Shown in pieces: positions 40,335 to 60,261 of a DNA stretch of 64,000 nucleotides. Location: the NCBI GenBank assembly GCA_021432655.1, contig MU271251.1, positions 1 to 64,000 of the forward strand, written 5' to 3'. Numbering within the stretch: position 1 is the first letter of the stretch; every line of letters starts with the position of its first letter. Under the pieces are notes generated by a model, which was given only the letters and a program-made list of their open reading frames with translations, ran no database searches and was not told the DNA's origin. A program made the position numbers and the translations under genes. This DNA comes from Atractiella rhizophila. Taxonomy: Eukaryota.

Positions 40335-41990
40335 TCACGCTTTTCCACCAACCAGGTCCTTCGCCATCCTCGCGCACTGTGCCTCTTCGTCCTATCCAAC
40401 CAAACACTCGGTCCACACGAAAGGAAGGAGAGAAAGAACATACGGTCTTACAAACGAAGAAGGGTACGCTGCCACCGTCAGTCAACGACTTCACACCGTT
40501 CCTTTCCTCCCCTTCTCTAATCTCTCCTGCTCCAAACGCCCGGAAATGGGCAATCACGTCCCTCCACAATCTTTCGCTCTTCTCCCCGATCCCGCCAGAG
40601 AAGACAATCCCATCGATACCACGATTCTTGCCGTCTGTGCGTTCGAAGGTGGAAGATAGCAGTTTGAGATAGTAAGCACCGAGAAAGTTCAGTACGCGGT
40701 CAAGGAAAAGGTTGTACGCCAACTCCTTCTCTTCTTCCTTCCCCTCCGAAATGTCTTTGAAATTACTTGTCCCCGCGATCGCCTGGAATCCCGACTTCCT
40801 GTCCCCGTTCACTATTCATCAGCTTCAGTTGAATGGTCTGGGAGACAGACTTGTTCAGCGTCTCTTCCGCCTTGCTTATCTCGATCCCTCCGCCAATGTT
40901 CACCTTTTCATCACCTTCTTTCTCCGGAAAGAGATGAAATACAACGCTTGGATCGACGCTTCCGCTCCTCGTCGCCCCAGGTAGTCCCTCAAGAGGCGAC
41001 AATCCCATGGATGTATCCGCCGATTTGCCGTTACTACAATCCACGTCTTTGTTTAGCCATCTGCCGCACTAAAGACGGGATAGGATATACCTGATCATGC
41101 ACACACTCGCTCCGCTTCCCAAGTGCGCGACGATCAAGTTCAGTTTGTCCTCTGGTCGCTGGAGGTAGGATGACACACTGCGCAAGATAGACGCGTACGA
41201 GAGCCCGTGGAAGCCGTATTTCCTGAGGGGGAGAGATTCACCTTTCGCATTGGCCGTGTGAGAGGAGAGAGGATAGGTGTAGATGTGCGGAGGGATGGAG
41301 CGGTGGAATATGGTATCAAAGCAGATGATCTGTTTGGAGCGCGGTAGGAGACGCAGAATTTCTGTTGTGTGTTTAGAGAGGGATGAAGATTGGGGGCAGA
41401 GAACGGACCTTTGATCAGTTTGACGCTTGCATGGTTATGCAGCGGCGCGAAGGCAGAGAGCCGATCCAATTCGTCGAGGGCAGAACCTTGCTGTTCCTTT
41501 GCTTCTTCATTCCCTCCCTCCGACAGAGAAGGGGTCTCTATTATCATCGGTGTGGAATGAGTGCCACCATGCACCATTCGATGAGTGACGTAGGGAATGG
41601 TGTCCGAAACCGAAAGGTCTTCGGAGAGGAGGGAAGAGATGGTTTCGAGGATGGATGCTATCACTTGTTCGCTGTCTGATTTGTTCTCTGGTATTCGTCA
41701 TCAGGAGTCATTTCGACTCGAAGGAATGACATTACAAACCGTCTAACTTAGTCTCCCCGTCTCCATTCTTCCAAGAGTGTTGCACAGTCAAGGGTTTTCC
41801 TTTACCAACATCGTTTACAGAGGCTTTGAAGACCTGTTCAAGGGATGGGAAAAGGAAGAGTTTCGTTTTGATTGAAGAAGATCCAGCATTCTTCAACGAT
41901 AAGTCGCAGCGTTTAGAAATGATATCAGCATTTACACTACTCGAGGGAGCGGCCTACGATGGAGAGGATGTGCTTAGGCTTGGACATCAT
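40335..41990 (-). CDS. ack: Acetate kinase
   Basis: [76 protein letters not shown]. Confidence 0.95.
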
Positions 41991-42377
41991 GGATTTATTG
42001 AGAGGTAGGTATGAGATAGATCGGGAGGAGTTTTTGGATAAGAACCTGGACTGCTGGTGACATCACATCCCGGCTGAGCCGCGACTGATGGGCATCACAC
42101 TCACGCGCTGACGAGGCGACCGCGAGCAAACACCTTTCCGCCTTGTCAAGCAACTTGCACCTTAAATTTACATTTTTGGCCTGAAAAAGAACTTATTTGG
42201 TTTTTAGCAAAGAGATTCCTCGGGATTGCGTCGCCAGTCATTTCATCAGAGGGAACTCACCGGGGCCGGTCTCTCCCCATGAACTCAAATGACATCATAC
42301 CACTCAGGCTCCCATCCCTCTTTTTATAAACATCAACGTTCTACCTCGACGTTGACTTCCACTGGCAACTTACATTT
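41991..42377. promoter_or_regulatory. Putative bidirectional promoter between ack and phosphoketolase
   Basis: Head-to-head genes ~390 bp apart; TGACATCA twice (42058-42065, 42290-42297); TATAAA at 42325-42330. Confidence 0.5.
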
Positions 42378-45300
42378 ATGTCCCAACAGGTTGAAGAAAA
42401 GATCGAAATGACGCACCCGTTGGAGTCTTCACTGAAACTCTCAACTCCACTATCCTCCCTTCCCGTCAAGCTGGACCCGAAAAAGGCGTTAGAAAGTAGG
42501 GAGAAGTATGGATTGGACGAGGTCATGAGATTCCAAAGATTGTGCGTTGCTCCCACATTTAAGTTACCTTCACGTCTGTCGAAGCTATTGCAGTTGATGA
42601 CATTGCAAGCCCTATTGTTCAAAAGGTTCATTAATCTTACCACCACTTGGACCGGGATGATGTTGTGTCATTCCTTACAGATCTAGAGTTAATTTGTTGT
42701 CTTATTATTTCTTCTTTCCGTTGGCCATGTATCTTGAGGCAGTAGGGAGAGAGAGTATTGTGCCTGCTGGTGTGTGGAAGTTAGGTAAACTTCTCAGGAT
42801 ACAGAAAGGATGGAAAGAAGTTGAATATGTCAGAGAACGTTTGCTCCTTTTCAGCAACTGCGCGATGTTGTATCCTTATATCCTCGATGATATTCCTACC
42901 GTTCACACGTAACGATGCTGCCGATCAACGCAGCCCTTGTTTTCGTTCTCGAAGCCAACCTTGTTTTAACAAAATGGTATTAATTAAGAGATTTCAACTG
43001 TTTTCGACAGAGAATGCACTTTTTTTAAAAGCGTTTGATATCTAGGTATATCCTCCTTGAACTTGTAGCGCTCAAGGTGTCAAATTGCCCGCGAGTCTCC
43101 TTTCATGTGTTCTACAGAATTGAAGAATTTTGGTCGTAACGAAAAGTTATGGAAGGTGTTCTTCTGTCAATGTTCCAAAGTCAAATCATCTCAGTATCAT
43201 CTTGCACATTGATCGTGAGATCAATTGGCATGTTTTGGAATATTGATTCTTGACAACATAAACGCAACAAAAGAAGCAGCCGCTACATTGAGAGACTTGA
43301 ATGATGTCTACTCATTTCTTCGGGGAAGAAGTAACGAAAGCATTGATCTTGCCTATTCACCCTGCAATTTCTTCACGTTGTCGACGAGCAGAATGTGTGA
43401 TGATATTACGATATTGTGGTTATCCAAGCGCAGAAAATGTGTATACATATAATGGTGCATAGTTTATTCTCGCTTCGATCTGCGTCATGGGCACATCTGC
43501 CTTCAACTCAAATTCCAGCACCTTGCTGATATGCCGGGCAGGGCCAATTACATCTCCGTAGCACAGATATTCCTCCAATCGAACGCCTTGCTCGACTCCA
43601 CTCTCCAAAAATCAGATGTCAAAAAGCGACTGGTATGTCAATATCTTCGTTGTACCTTATTCGCACTCAGCAATTCTAGTTGGGGCATTGGGGAACCTGT
43701 CCCGGCTTGACCCTCTTGTACTCGCACTGGTCCTCGATTGTCACCCGTTCTCTTAATTCGGATCCCATCAAATCTATCTTCGTTACAGGACCTGGACATG
43801 GAGCGCCATCCGTTCTCTCTTGTTTGTACCTTGAGGGGACCATCACTCACTTTTATCCTCAATACTCGCTTGACAAGAAAGGCTTCGAAAAATTCACTCA
43901 TGACTTCTCTTTCCCGAAAGGGTTTCCGAGCCATTGCAATTCGGAGACGCCCGGACAAATTCACGAAGGTGGTGAGTTGGGGTATGTCCAGCTTTACATT
44001 TATTGTACTAGAGGTGATCGACGCCTGACGACTATAAAGATATGCACTCGCGGTGGCTTACGGGAGCGTGATGGATGATCCTGACCTCGTCACTCTTTGC
44101 GTGGTTGGGGACGGAGAAAGCGAAACCGGGTACGTGTCAACTTCTTTCTAGAGTAGTCAGCCTGCTCATAGCATATCGTGATGGCAGACCAACAGCTACC
44201 GCATGGCACGCCCACAAGTATATTGATCCCACTGAGAGTGGGGCGGTCCTTCCCGTCTTGCACCTGAAGTTAGTGCTTCCTTTTCCGTTTGCCCCTTTGT
44301 TACCAAAGTGATTCCTTCACGTAGTGAGTTCAAGATCTCTGAACGAACCATTCCTGGTGCTATGACAGACGAATCTCTTGTCCTTCTCTACACAGGATAC
44401 GGGTATCAAGTTCGCTTTGTCGAGTATCCTTACCCTCTCGCTGTATGTCTTTCCTTCTATTGCTTCGGCTACATTAAATGTGGTGCGCCTGTAGGACCCG
44501 AACGACGTCAAAGCGCAGGAAGAGAAACTCGAACATCTAAATGCTGATATGGCAGTGTCACTGGAATGGGCCCTTGGAGAGATTCGGGCGATTCAGAAGG
44601 ACGCGCGTGAAGGCAATGGGGAGAAGAAGAGGAAGCGACCATTGTGGCCAATGATTATCCTTCGTAGCCCCAAAGTTCGGTCTTTCTTTATGGAGGATCA
44701 ATCTCGTTAATGATCCCCTTGCAGGGCATGGGCTGTCCACGAACCCTGAATGGGAAGCCGCTGGAGGGTAGCTTCGCAGCTCATCAGGTTCCTTTAGCCG
44801 CTGCAAATAAGGACGATGAACAACTGAAAATGTTGGAGCATTGGCTAAAGAGCTACGAAATCACAGAGTTCATTCGTGAGGAGGAATTGAAGAAGGGAGC
44901 GAAAGGAGAGTTATTTGATCTCAGCAAAATCAAGGGTGTTGTTCCAGAAAAACCAGAGTATCGACTGGGAATGGTGAAGGTTCGTCGACAACAATTCTCA
45001 CATGTCCCCATCAGTCCAAAGCAAGCTCAAGTTGCGCGTTAGGAAGGAAATAACTATCATGTGCCGTTGAACGTTCCGGAGATCGATAAATTTGCCGTCG
45101 ACATAAGTAAGGAGAAGGAGAGCTCGACAATGCAAGTTTTTGCTGCTTGGCTGGCAGAGGTGGTAAAAAAGAACCCCACCACGTTCAGAATTTTCTCACC
45201 GGACGGTAAATTAACTCTCCCATTGTTCAGAAAGTGGGTACTGATGAAAGGAAATAAGAATTCGTTTCCAATAAACTGGACAAAGTGTTCCAAGTTACGA

Positions 45301-46891
45301 GCCGCCAACAAGAATGGGATGGCGAGAGTAAAGTTTTACCCTCACCTACTAGATGGTGGAACTGATTATTATTTCTGCGCTAGCTGAGGGGAAGAGAGGA
45401 AGAGTAATTGAAATGCTGAGCGAACATACTCTTCAAGGCTTTCTACAAGGATACACGCTGACAGGTGTGCTTTCTGCCTAGTTGTCTCAATGGAGCGACA
45501 TCTTACAAAGTTGGAAACAGGTCGAACCGGGCTGTTCCCCAGCTATGAAGCTTTTCTAGGAATTGTAACCACAATGGCGAGCCGTCTCTCTTCTTTCCAA
45601 CCCGTTGGTTGAAGTAGACAATGTAGATCGCTCAATATTCGAAATTTCGCAAAATGGCGTTAGAGACTAAGTGGAGAGGCGATGTTTCCAGCTTGAACTA
45701 TCTGGAAACTTCGACTTTGTATTATCTGTCCTTCGAAGGTTCATCTACTAATATGTCAACAGGTGGCGGCAAGAACACAACGGCTATTCGCACCAGAATC
45801 CAGCCCTGATCGGCAGCCTACTCAACTTGCCTCGACATATGACCCGGATCTACTTCCCTCCTGATGGGAATACAATGCTATCAGTCATGCATCACTGTTT
45901 CAAGTCAAAGAACTACGTAAACCTGGTTCGTTGATTTAGATGCACGATGTCTCATCACTGATCGGTTCGCAAAGGTGGTTGGGAGCAAGAATCCAACGAC
46001 AAACTTTTTGACCCTCGAAGAAGCGAAACAACATTGTCTCTCTGGCATATCAGTTTGGAAGAAGTATTCAACGGATGAGGGAAAGAACCCCGATGTTATT
46101 CTGGTTGGCATCGGTGTCGAAGTCACGGTAGAAGTGATTGCTGCTGCGAAGCTGTTGCAGAAAGAAGGCTTTCGCGTGAGGACCATCAATGTCGTCGACT
46201 TGATGGTTCTCTCAGAAGAGCGCGGACATCCACATGCACTTGGAGAGACCGCCTTCAATTCCTTATTTGGGAAGAATATTCCAGTCGTCATCAACTTTCA
46301 TGGGTATCCTACCCACGTAAAAGGACTTCTGTTTTCGAGACATCAAGCCATTGACAGGCGAAGGGTAAGCTTTGTTTCCTCCATTTGATCGCACATTATG
46401 GCTGACTGCGTGAGTAGTTTGACGTGCATGGATACGTATGTCTCATTCCTGTCTAACGACCTGATATTTCGCTCATGGCATGGCAAACAATAGATGGAAG
46501 AGGGCACAACCACAACCCGTGCGTAGTCCAACTCCAAGCCATTCGATTGCTCACACCGGAGCATCAGCTTGGTCAATGCTGCATGTAAATCAAGGTCTGT
46601 CATTTTATTTTATACCATGTTAGCTTAGTGAAGGCCCTAAACACACCCTTGACAGCTTCTCGATACGATATCGCAAACAAAGCTGTCGAGCTATACACTG
46701 CTCGTAATCCGAATGGTCCTCTCAGTCTGAAGGTTCGTTCTCCTTCAAGATATTGCCTGAATCAAAGCTGATGACGAGACAAGTGCCATGAGCTACAAGC
46801 TTGGTTGACGCATACGAAACTTGAACAAGCCCGTTTTGCTGAGGAAAATGGATTTGATTCTGACACTGTTGGCACTGTGGAGGTGAGTTGA
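42378..46891 (+). CDS. xfp: Xylulose-5-phosphate/fructose-6-phosphate phosphoketolase
   Basis: ANYISVAQIFL, LGHWGTCPGL, GPGHG, ETPGQIHEGGELGY, TPP motif VGDGESETG, FRIFSPDE, LSEH, RQEHNGYSHQNP, FHGYP; 1000-nt first intron; start may be 42378 or 42408. Confidence 0.95.
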
Positions 46892-47298
46892 ACAAGGTCG
46901 GTTCCAATTTGTGCAAGTGTATGACTTGTGATTGATAAGAGAATAAGAGAATAAAATGTATATGTATGTAGCATTTCAAACGAGTGGAAGGACTTTGGCG
47001 CGATGTTTGTCGGAGTGTGAGCAAGGTTGCACATCACCGAATACGGCTCCGTCCCACACACGCGCCTATTTCAAAACGCTCAAAAGCGCCAACAACGCGT
47101 GATCGCCTTCAATCCCACCATCTCATTAGAAGGACTGTCCTCTTTGACTTGGATTTTCTGACTCGAGAAGGCTTGTGGACCCACAAGCGGTTGATTTAAA
47201 GTCGAAGGGGTTAGATTCTTACTCAAAAAGATTCCTTTTCTCGATATGCAGCACAGAGACCTTTGGTGCAGCAGGGTTACGACAGGCGGGTGGTGGAA

Positions 47299-53459
<6,161 letters not shown>

Positions 53460-53660
53460 ATTATTACGCATACGTTGTAGTTTCACTATATATGTGCAAA
53501 AGATGCATTTCTACTTCATTTTTGCTTTGAGCCTCGGATGAGAAGTCAGGTGACGGATTTGTATTGCCGTTCAAATCCGGAAGTACAACCGCAGCAATTG
53601 CTTGAAACGACGACTTCCACTGATCTTTCCTCTGTCCTCGATCCTCTCTAAACTTTTACG

Positions 53661-54041
53661 ATGTCCTGGCAAGTCTACGTCGATTCAAATCTCGTTGGAA
53701 CTGGGAAAATTGCGAAGGCAGCTATCCTAGGATTGCAAGGAGGGGTATGGGCAACCTCATCTGGATACACGATATCACCACAGGAACAGAAGGACATTGC
53801 AGCTTCTTTCGCAGACGCCGATAAAGCTCTAGCGTCAGGTATTAGGTTAGGTGGCCAAAAATTCTTTACTCTCCAAGCGACTCCAAGGAGCATTTATGGG
53901 AAGAAGGGAGCCGATGGAGTGGTTTGTGTCAAGACGAGTCAAGCCATCATCATCGGTGAATACATCGCTCCCATCCAGGCTGGAGAAGCTACCACAATCG
54001 TCGAGGGACTTGCGGATTACCTGATCTCCGTTGGTTATTGA
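53661..54041 (+). CDS. Profilin (single exon)
   Basis: MSWQVYVDSNLVGTG, GGVWATS, GIRLGGQKF, SIYGKKG, VEGLADYLISVGY*. Confidence 0.96.
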   Translation: MSWQVYVDSNLVGTGKIAKAAILGLQGGVWATSSGYTISPQEQKDIAASFADADKALASGIRLGGQKFFTLQATPRSIYGKKGADGVVCVKTSQAIIIGEYIAPIQAGEATTIVEGLADYLISVGY

Positions 54042-54960
54042 AGACTGGAGCTGATGCCTGATCGATGGAACTCCGAATGCGATCTCCCTGATCTCCCATC
54101 TCCTTCATCGCCATGCCCTTCTCCTATCCATCGACCGGCGCCACCCTTTCTCCCACCTCTACCTCTCGCCACCGAACTATGTCACTTTTTTATTCTCAAA
54201 TTTGCTCTGAGTTATATCTCGGTTTTCGTCTGTCTCCATCGTCTCCCTCGCAATCCCACTTGTCTGTCACCATCAATCAACGAACGGAATCTCTCCCCTC
54301 CTCCTTCGACATCTTTTATCACTCAATCGAAGGAGAAAGTTAGGATCCTAGAAAATTGAAGCGCTGTAGAAGAATTGTCACTTATTGGGTTCCTGTGTGG
54401 AGGAGGATTGGGTTGGTTTATTTTGCGTGGATCAAGTCGGGATGTTTGTTGCTTCCGTCCCGTAAGTATTCTCTTTCTGTTGCACTGTGGGCCTGGTGTT
54501 TATCGCCAGATGCAGGCCGCCCTTTCTTCACCACCCGTGTCTGTTCACACCCTCTCTCCTCCAACGCATTCCCTTCTCTGTCCCAATCATGATTCCCACC
54601 TTATTTCCCACTGTTCCACACAAAGAATGTCAAACAAAAAATCCTTGTAGAATGTCGAAACGGAAAACGCCTTTTTCTTCATCCCAACTAGCAAGTTAGC
54701 AAGTGCCTCGCGCAGAGTCATGGCCGGAGATTGAAGCGAGAAAAGGGGGAACGAATTAAGGAACGAAAGAGGATCCTGTCCCAACTTGTTTTGAATCGAC
54801 CTAGTCTTGCAGAGCGAGCCACCGCCATCATGAGTACTGAGCTGAATTCACAATTGCACATTTCTGTTTGACCTACAAATTTCCTTTTTCTTTGTTCACA
54901 ACAACATTTGTTAGTTAGCATATCCTGGAAACGTCAATTTGGAGCTGACACCCCGTCCTC

Positions 54961-56363
54961 TCACCCTTCAAGCGTATGCTTGACGCGGTCATTGTACCTG
55001 CCGCCCTTCACGTCTGCCTTTTGCACGATGGCTCTCACCTCCTTCAATTCCGCCTCCGTCAGTTTGATTTGAAGTGCTTTCGCACTCTCTTGGACGCCGT
55101 CAACCCTTGTCTGCGTTCACAATTTTATATCTCTGATTAGGTGTGAAAGAAGGAGAAACGCACGGAACCGGGAATAGGAACCAGCTTGTCGTACTGATTC
55201 ATTTCCCAAGCAAGGCAAAGCTGGGCATTCGTCAATCCCTTCTCATTCGCTATGACAGCGATCTCATCGACAAGCTTGAGGTTGTGTCCAAAGTTCTCCG
55301 GCTGCGCCATCAATATGGAACCCTCAGGGCCAATCCTGCTAGTGGACAGGTAGACGGCTGACCTGAAAGCGGTCCAGGTGTCTACGCAAATCACCTTCCG
55401 GAATGTCGTCGATGGAGCGCAATGTGCCGGTGAGAAAACCTCGCCCTAGTCAAGGCATTCAGTGGACTTGAAGAATTGGTGAAGAGGACGAACCGAGAGG
55501 GGAATAGGCTGCGATGGCTATCCCAAGCTCTTTACAAGCCGCCAAAACGCCGTTATGCTCAATATCCAATGCCCAGGGAGAGTACTCCACTTCGACCTAG
55601 ATCCGTCATATAGCTCCGTCCGCTTGGGAGAGAGGGGAGGAACTTGGAGGAAACGAACCATAGCGATCGGGTGAACCTTGTGAGCGCGCCTTATGGTCTC
55701 TGCCGAGCACTCAGAGAGACCAATAAAATCGAACTTTCCTTCGTCAATAAGGGTCTTCAAGTCCCCGATGACATCTTCAATCTGCCTGCCTATCTCCGTC
55801 ACATCCCATCAGCCTTTATACAGCATAATTAGCACAGTTAAAATCAAGAGAAACGGACTCTTGTCTACACGAGCGCATTCGAACAGATCCAGTTTCTTCG
55901 TGCCAGCCAATGCCGCCAAAGTATTATCAACGCTCCTCCTTAACCCCTCCGTGCTCTGATCAGGTGCCAAGGTATTGATGTTGATGCCACCTTTGACGCT
56001 CAAGAAAGTCTTCTCTGAGTATTCAGGATATTTCTTAAAAAACCGAGAGAGAAGCGTCAAGTTGGCAGTTTGATTTGGAGCGTTTCCATAAAACTCGGCT
56101 GCTTCCTATTAGCAGGACCCTGTAAGTTAAAGTAAACCAACCGCTGTTCAGTAGATTACATCCTCCATCAATGGCTGCTTTGATAGCCGGGAAAGCTTGT
56201 TCGTCTGACTTGGGATTTGGGGTCCATGTACTGCTCAGCACCATTGAGTTGATGAAAGCAAACATCGAGGGAGGCTGAAGGCTGACAAATTCATTAACCC
56301 GTATCCGAGCCGTCCGACCTCAAAAGACTTCTTCCCATCCGTGATCGTGAGTTTGGAGCTCAT
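54961..56363 (-). CDS. Aldo-keto reductase, pyridoxal-reductase-like
   Basis: [61 protein letters not shown]. Confidence 0.88.
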
Positions 56364-58897
56364 GCTTCTCTTTGCTCTGCGCTGTGTGTCTGTGCGTAGT
56401 TTTAACCGTGAGCATTGATCCAGACCATCCGATCTCCTGAAAAAGTGAAGAAGCCAAGTAAAGGGATTCAAAACAGAGCACACACGATAACTACCGAGAG
56501 AGAAATGTGACCAGCTGTCCAGCAGGATCAGAACGGCCGGCCCGCCCAAGTGCGCATGGCCCAGACGCGAAGCCCTCACGCTCCCTCACCTGCGTTTGAC
56601 AATTTCAGAGCTCGGAGACGGGCGACCTGGTAGCCTGAGAACAATGGCAACACTGCAGGCGTTAATTGGATGTCTAATGAGCTATAACCTTATCATCACT
56701 CATCAAACGCTCATACAATTCCAGTTCATACCTCGAGCTCCTCGAGCTCGAGCAGAGGGCCAATACCACACCACAAAAAGAAGCAAGAGTGCGGTTCAGG
56801 CATCGCTGAACTGAGGGACTCGGAGTAGAGTAGGAATCGTAATCGTCAAAAATCTAGCTCACCTTGAAAGTCGATGGGATATGTCTCACACTGCTTCTTC
56901 CCTGCCAGTGAGGCACTTTATAATTCCAGCCTCAACTCAAGGTATGACGTATGAGTCCTTAAGTCTTCCTGTCTGTTCCCTTGGTTCAAGCAGATCAAGA
57001 AAGGTTCAAATCAGTTCAGATCTCGGAAAGGTCGGAAGCAATTTTGTTTTACCAGCCTGAGCTCGCCAGCTCACCTGAGCCGGTTCACCAGTCGAGGGTA
57101 CGTCTCCCCTGTCTCACTGTCAGCCACCACCGCCATCTCGCGACCTCCCCACCTCCTCACGGACACTAGGGAAACGGGTAGAAACCTCCTCAGAAGGTTG
57201 GGTGGTCTCACATCCTAAACCTCATTTCATGGATTGACTCGATGAACCGAACCGAGGGTGGTACGTTTGTCTTATGTTTTTCTTTAACGAAATACAAGGC
57301 AACCAATTCTTTCATTGTAAGCGAAACTTTGACTCCTGCCTATTTTCCTTTGACACAAAATCGCATACCATGCCTTGTGTAAGGGCTTGGTAGGACGACG
57401 TGTACCGTTTTCCATGGGAAGCGATTGTTGCATGATATGGTTGCTGCCGAGGAATGTTGGGTATTAAGTGCAAGCAGCTCACTTCGCTGAGTTTCGATGT
57501 CTGTGCCAGTGCTTTCTTGACGCGACTACGAACTTATGTGTCAATCTCTGTCTTTAACTCAACTCAACTCAAGAGGCACCCATTTCGGAGCCAGCGAAGC
57601 TCTGACAAGTGAAAGAGACAGAGGAATAAGTTTTGGATGAAATTTGGTGAGATAGTTCCTGGATTCGATTATGGAGTTTGAACAGATTGAGAAACATGGA
57701 GGGGCATTTGACGGTCGATCAATGTCACCCGAACAAGTTGAACGTTATGGAGCAGACTGACAGCAAGAAGAGCTGAAAGGAGAGGTGAGATTCCTCTTCT
57801 TGCCACGAGGGAAAGTCAGACACTTCTTCCTGTCGTGACGACAAATTCAAAGACTCAAACATGGTCAACATGTCAACATGTAGAGATGTTCAATCAAGGC
57901 GATGCACGTATTTCTGGGTATTGACATCCTGGACAGAGCAAGCCTGCTTCAGAGCCGTTTGACCCGCAATGCCGTGCCGTGAACGTTTCGAGTTTCGAGT
58001 TTTGGTGTTGGGCCTATCCGGAATGCAGGATCACCACATGGGTTGATTGTTGAACGTTGAATCTCGAAAGTGGGAAGACGAGAGATGGAGAGATGGAAGA
58101 TGTGGCAGGATTCGGAAGACAATGAGCTTAGCAGAAGATTAGGCTCTTGAAGTCGCCGTTTTACGTGGAGGTTCTTCGATAAGGTCAAAGCTTACATCCA
58201 AAGTTGGTGCTAATCTACCTTCGCTTTGGCTTCAGTTAGTCGACTTTACATTGTTGGAGCCGTGCTGGATTCCTTGGTTTGTGAGCGCTTGCTCTATTTG
58301 CGATTGGTGAAAGAACTCACCCAACAATGCAACAAGGAATTGTTATTTGGCAGAGAAGGACATGACAGCCTACACGAGAGCCTAAAGATAATTCATCTCC
58401 TATTCCCATGGGCGAGTCCTCTTTGAAACATCTGTACCCTTGAGACTCGAGATTCCCATTTTCAACGACCAACACCTAATCGGATGAGGATTTCTCGCTT
58501 GGATAAATGCCCTTCCAGTCTTACGGTAGAAAGCCAAGTGTACCTTGCACCGTTCGTCCAGAAGTTTCTCGGACGAGGTCGTTAATATGAGGAGCTGAAG
58601 ATGAACATGACTGCCAGTTAACGTATATCACTGAGAAGGGCGATCATGTTGTTGGAATCAAATCGTTTGTGGAGTAGAAATTTGTCTGGAAACTTGTGCA
58701 CCAGATGGCGACGACAGAGTAGTCTGTCCCAAGACTTTGGGGACTTGCAAATTAGGTCGTAATTTTGAGAACACGGGAGGGTTTAGACCTTGTTTTCTTT
58801 CCTGCCTTTAAAAGAGCCATCGCTGCTCAATAAGTTCTCATCGATTGGGGTGATATCTCCTTCTAACGACTATACTGACCCGTTTATTTCTCTCGTC

Positions 58898-60261
58898 ATG
58901 CGAACACGAACGACTAAACAGGAGAAAAAGTCGAAACAACGAAGCCGTGCCTTTCCCTTGCAGAACCAGTCCCGTGGACCATGGAGTAAGCAAGAGGACA
59001 ACATCCTCAAGCAAGTGATTCGACGCCACGGCCCTCGCCAATGGGTCAACATCTCGCGTCTTGCGGAGGACATTGGAATGTTTCGGGACGCGAAACAGTG
59101 TCGGGAAAGGTTGTTACTACTTTCTGACTAGGAATCCCCTCTGACGCACTCGAACAACAGATTCGTCAATCACTTGTCTCCTCGCGGTATGTCTTGCTAC
59201 CTGGCTTGAACTCATCCGCTGAACGCACTTCGCAGTCATCAAGCGACCGTGGACTACCGAAGAAGATCTCGAGATACTACGTCTGCAGCGCAAATATGGG
59301 AACCGCTGGTCAAAAATATCGCGAGAGTTAGTTGGGAGGTCAGACAACGACATCAAGAATAGATGGAATACTGTGCGTCTACAATTTGGATTTAGCCTGA
59401 TCAAAGCGTTGATTCTCCTCAAGCGATTGGGCAAGGGAAATTGCGAATTGGTCGCAGTACTCGATGAAGCTGTGCGTAGCGCACCATACCTAATACCCAG
59501 CAACTCCACGTCCGTGGATGTCGTCCAGCCTGTTGTTCTCTACACAAACTCTTCCAGTTCTTCCACCGCCTCGACGTCTCCCACGCTTTCTCCCTCCTCT
59601 CCCACTTTCCCCAACTCGGTACCAGGCTCTACCATTCACCTCAGCAAACCTTACGGTGGATACGTCGCCGCTGGCCCTCAACACTCAGAGTCGTCCCATG
59701 TCTGCCTTATCCCTGCCGTTCATCCTAATGCCCCGATGCACTCGTGGGGAGAAATAGGAGGAGGGGACGTGGCAATGACAACAACTCAATATGTCGAACA
59801 ACAACTTTCTCCTCCAAATTTTCCTGCTCCCACATCAAGCCAGCCGTTGATTGAATTTTCGGACGCTCAACCTGTCACCCAACACAGAAGCCAAAGCGAT
59901 CCTTATTCTTTCGTCGGCTACTCTGAATATGCCAACAGCCCTCCAGAGGTGCCTCAACAATTCGTCTCTCCGTTCGGAATGCTTCAGAGGAACGTTAGAG
60001 AGGGAGTAATTCGTTCCCATTCATTTCCAGAAAAGATGCCGCAGGCTACTCAATCTCCTGTTGTAGGCTCCTTTCCCATTTCATGTGCTATCTAACAGAA
60101 CTGCGCAGGAGTATGCCTGTATGCCTCGGTTCTACTCTACTCCGCAGAACCACGTCCAGATTCCTCATGCTTTTGCACCACAGACCCCTGCACTGACTGC
60201 GGTTCCATCAATGGGGTACGATGACCGGATACCTTACTTTGCTAACTATTTGAATGATTAA
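58898..60261 (+). CDS. Myb-domain transcription factor (two repeats, S/P/Q-rich tail)
   Basis: [16 protein letters not shown]...[41 protein letters not shown]. Confidence 0.85.

Noticed and set aside
43397..43529. C/D snoRNA (GTGATGA ... CTGA) at the end of the xfp intron
   Set aside because: The CTGA doubles as the branch point; no terminal stem or recognisable rRNA guide
42542..43541. TPP riboswitch in the phosphoketolase intron
   Set aside because: The conserved aptamer elements (CUGAGA and the GAACUUGAU...GAUAAU...AGCG core) were not found in the right arrangement
56364..58897. Gene or transposon in the 2.5-kb gap between the AKR and Myb genes
   Set aside because: Only short ORFs with no recognisable motifs and no terminal repeats seen; consistent with an extended promoter
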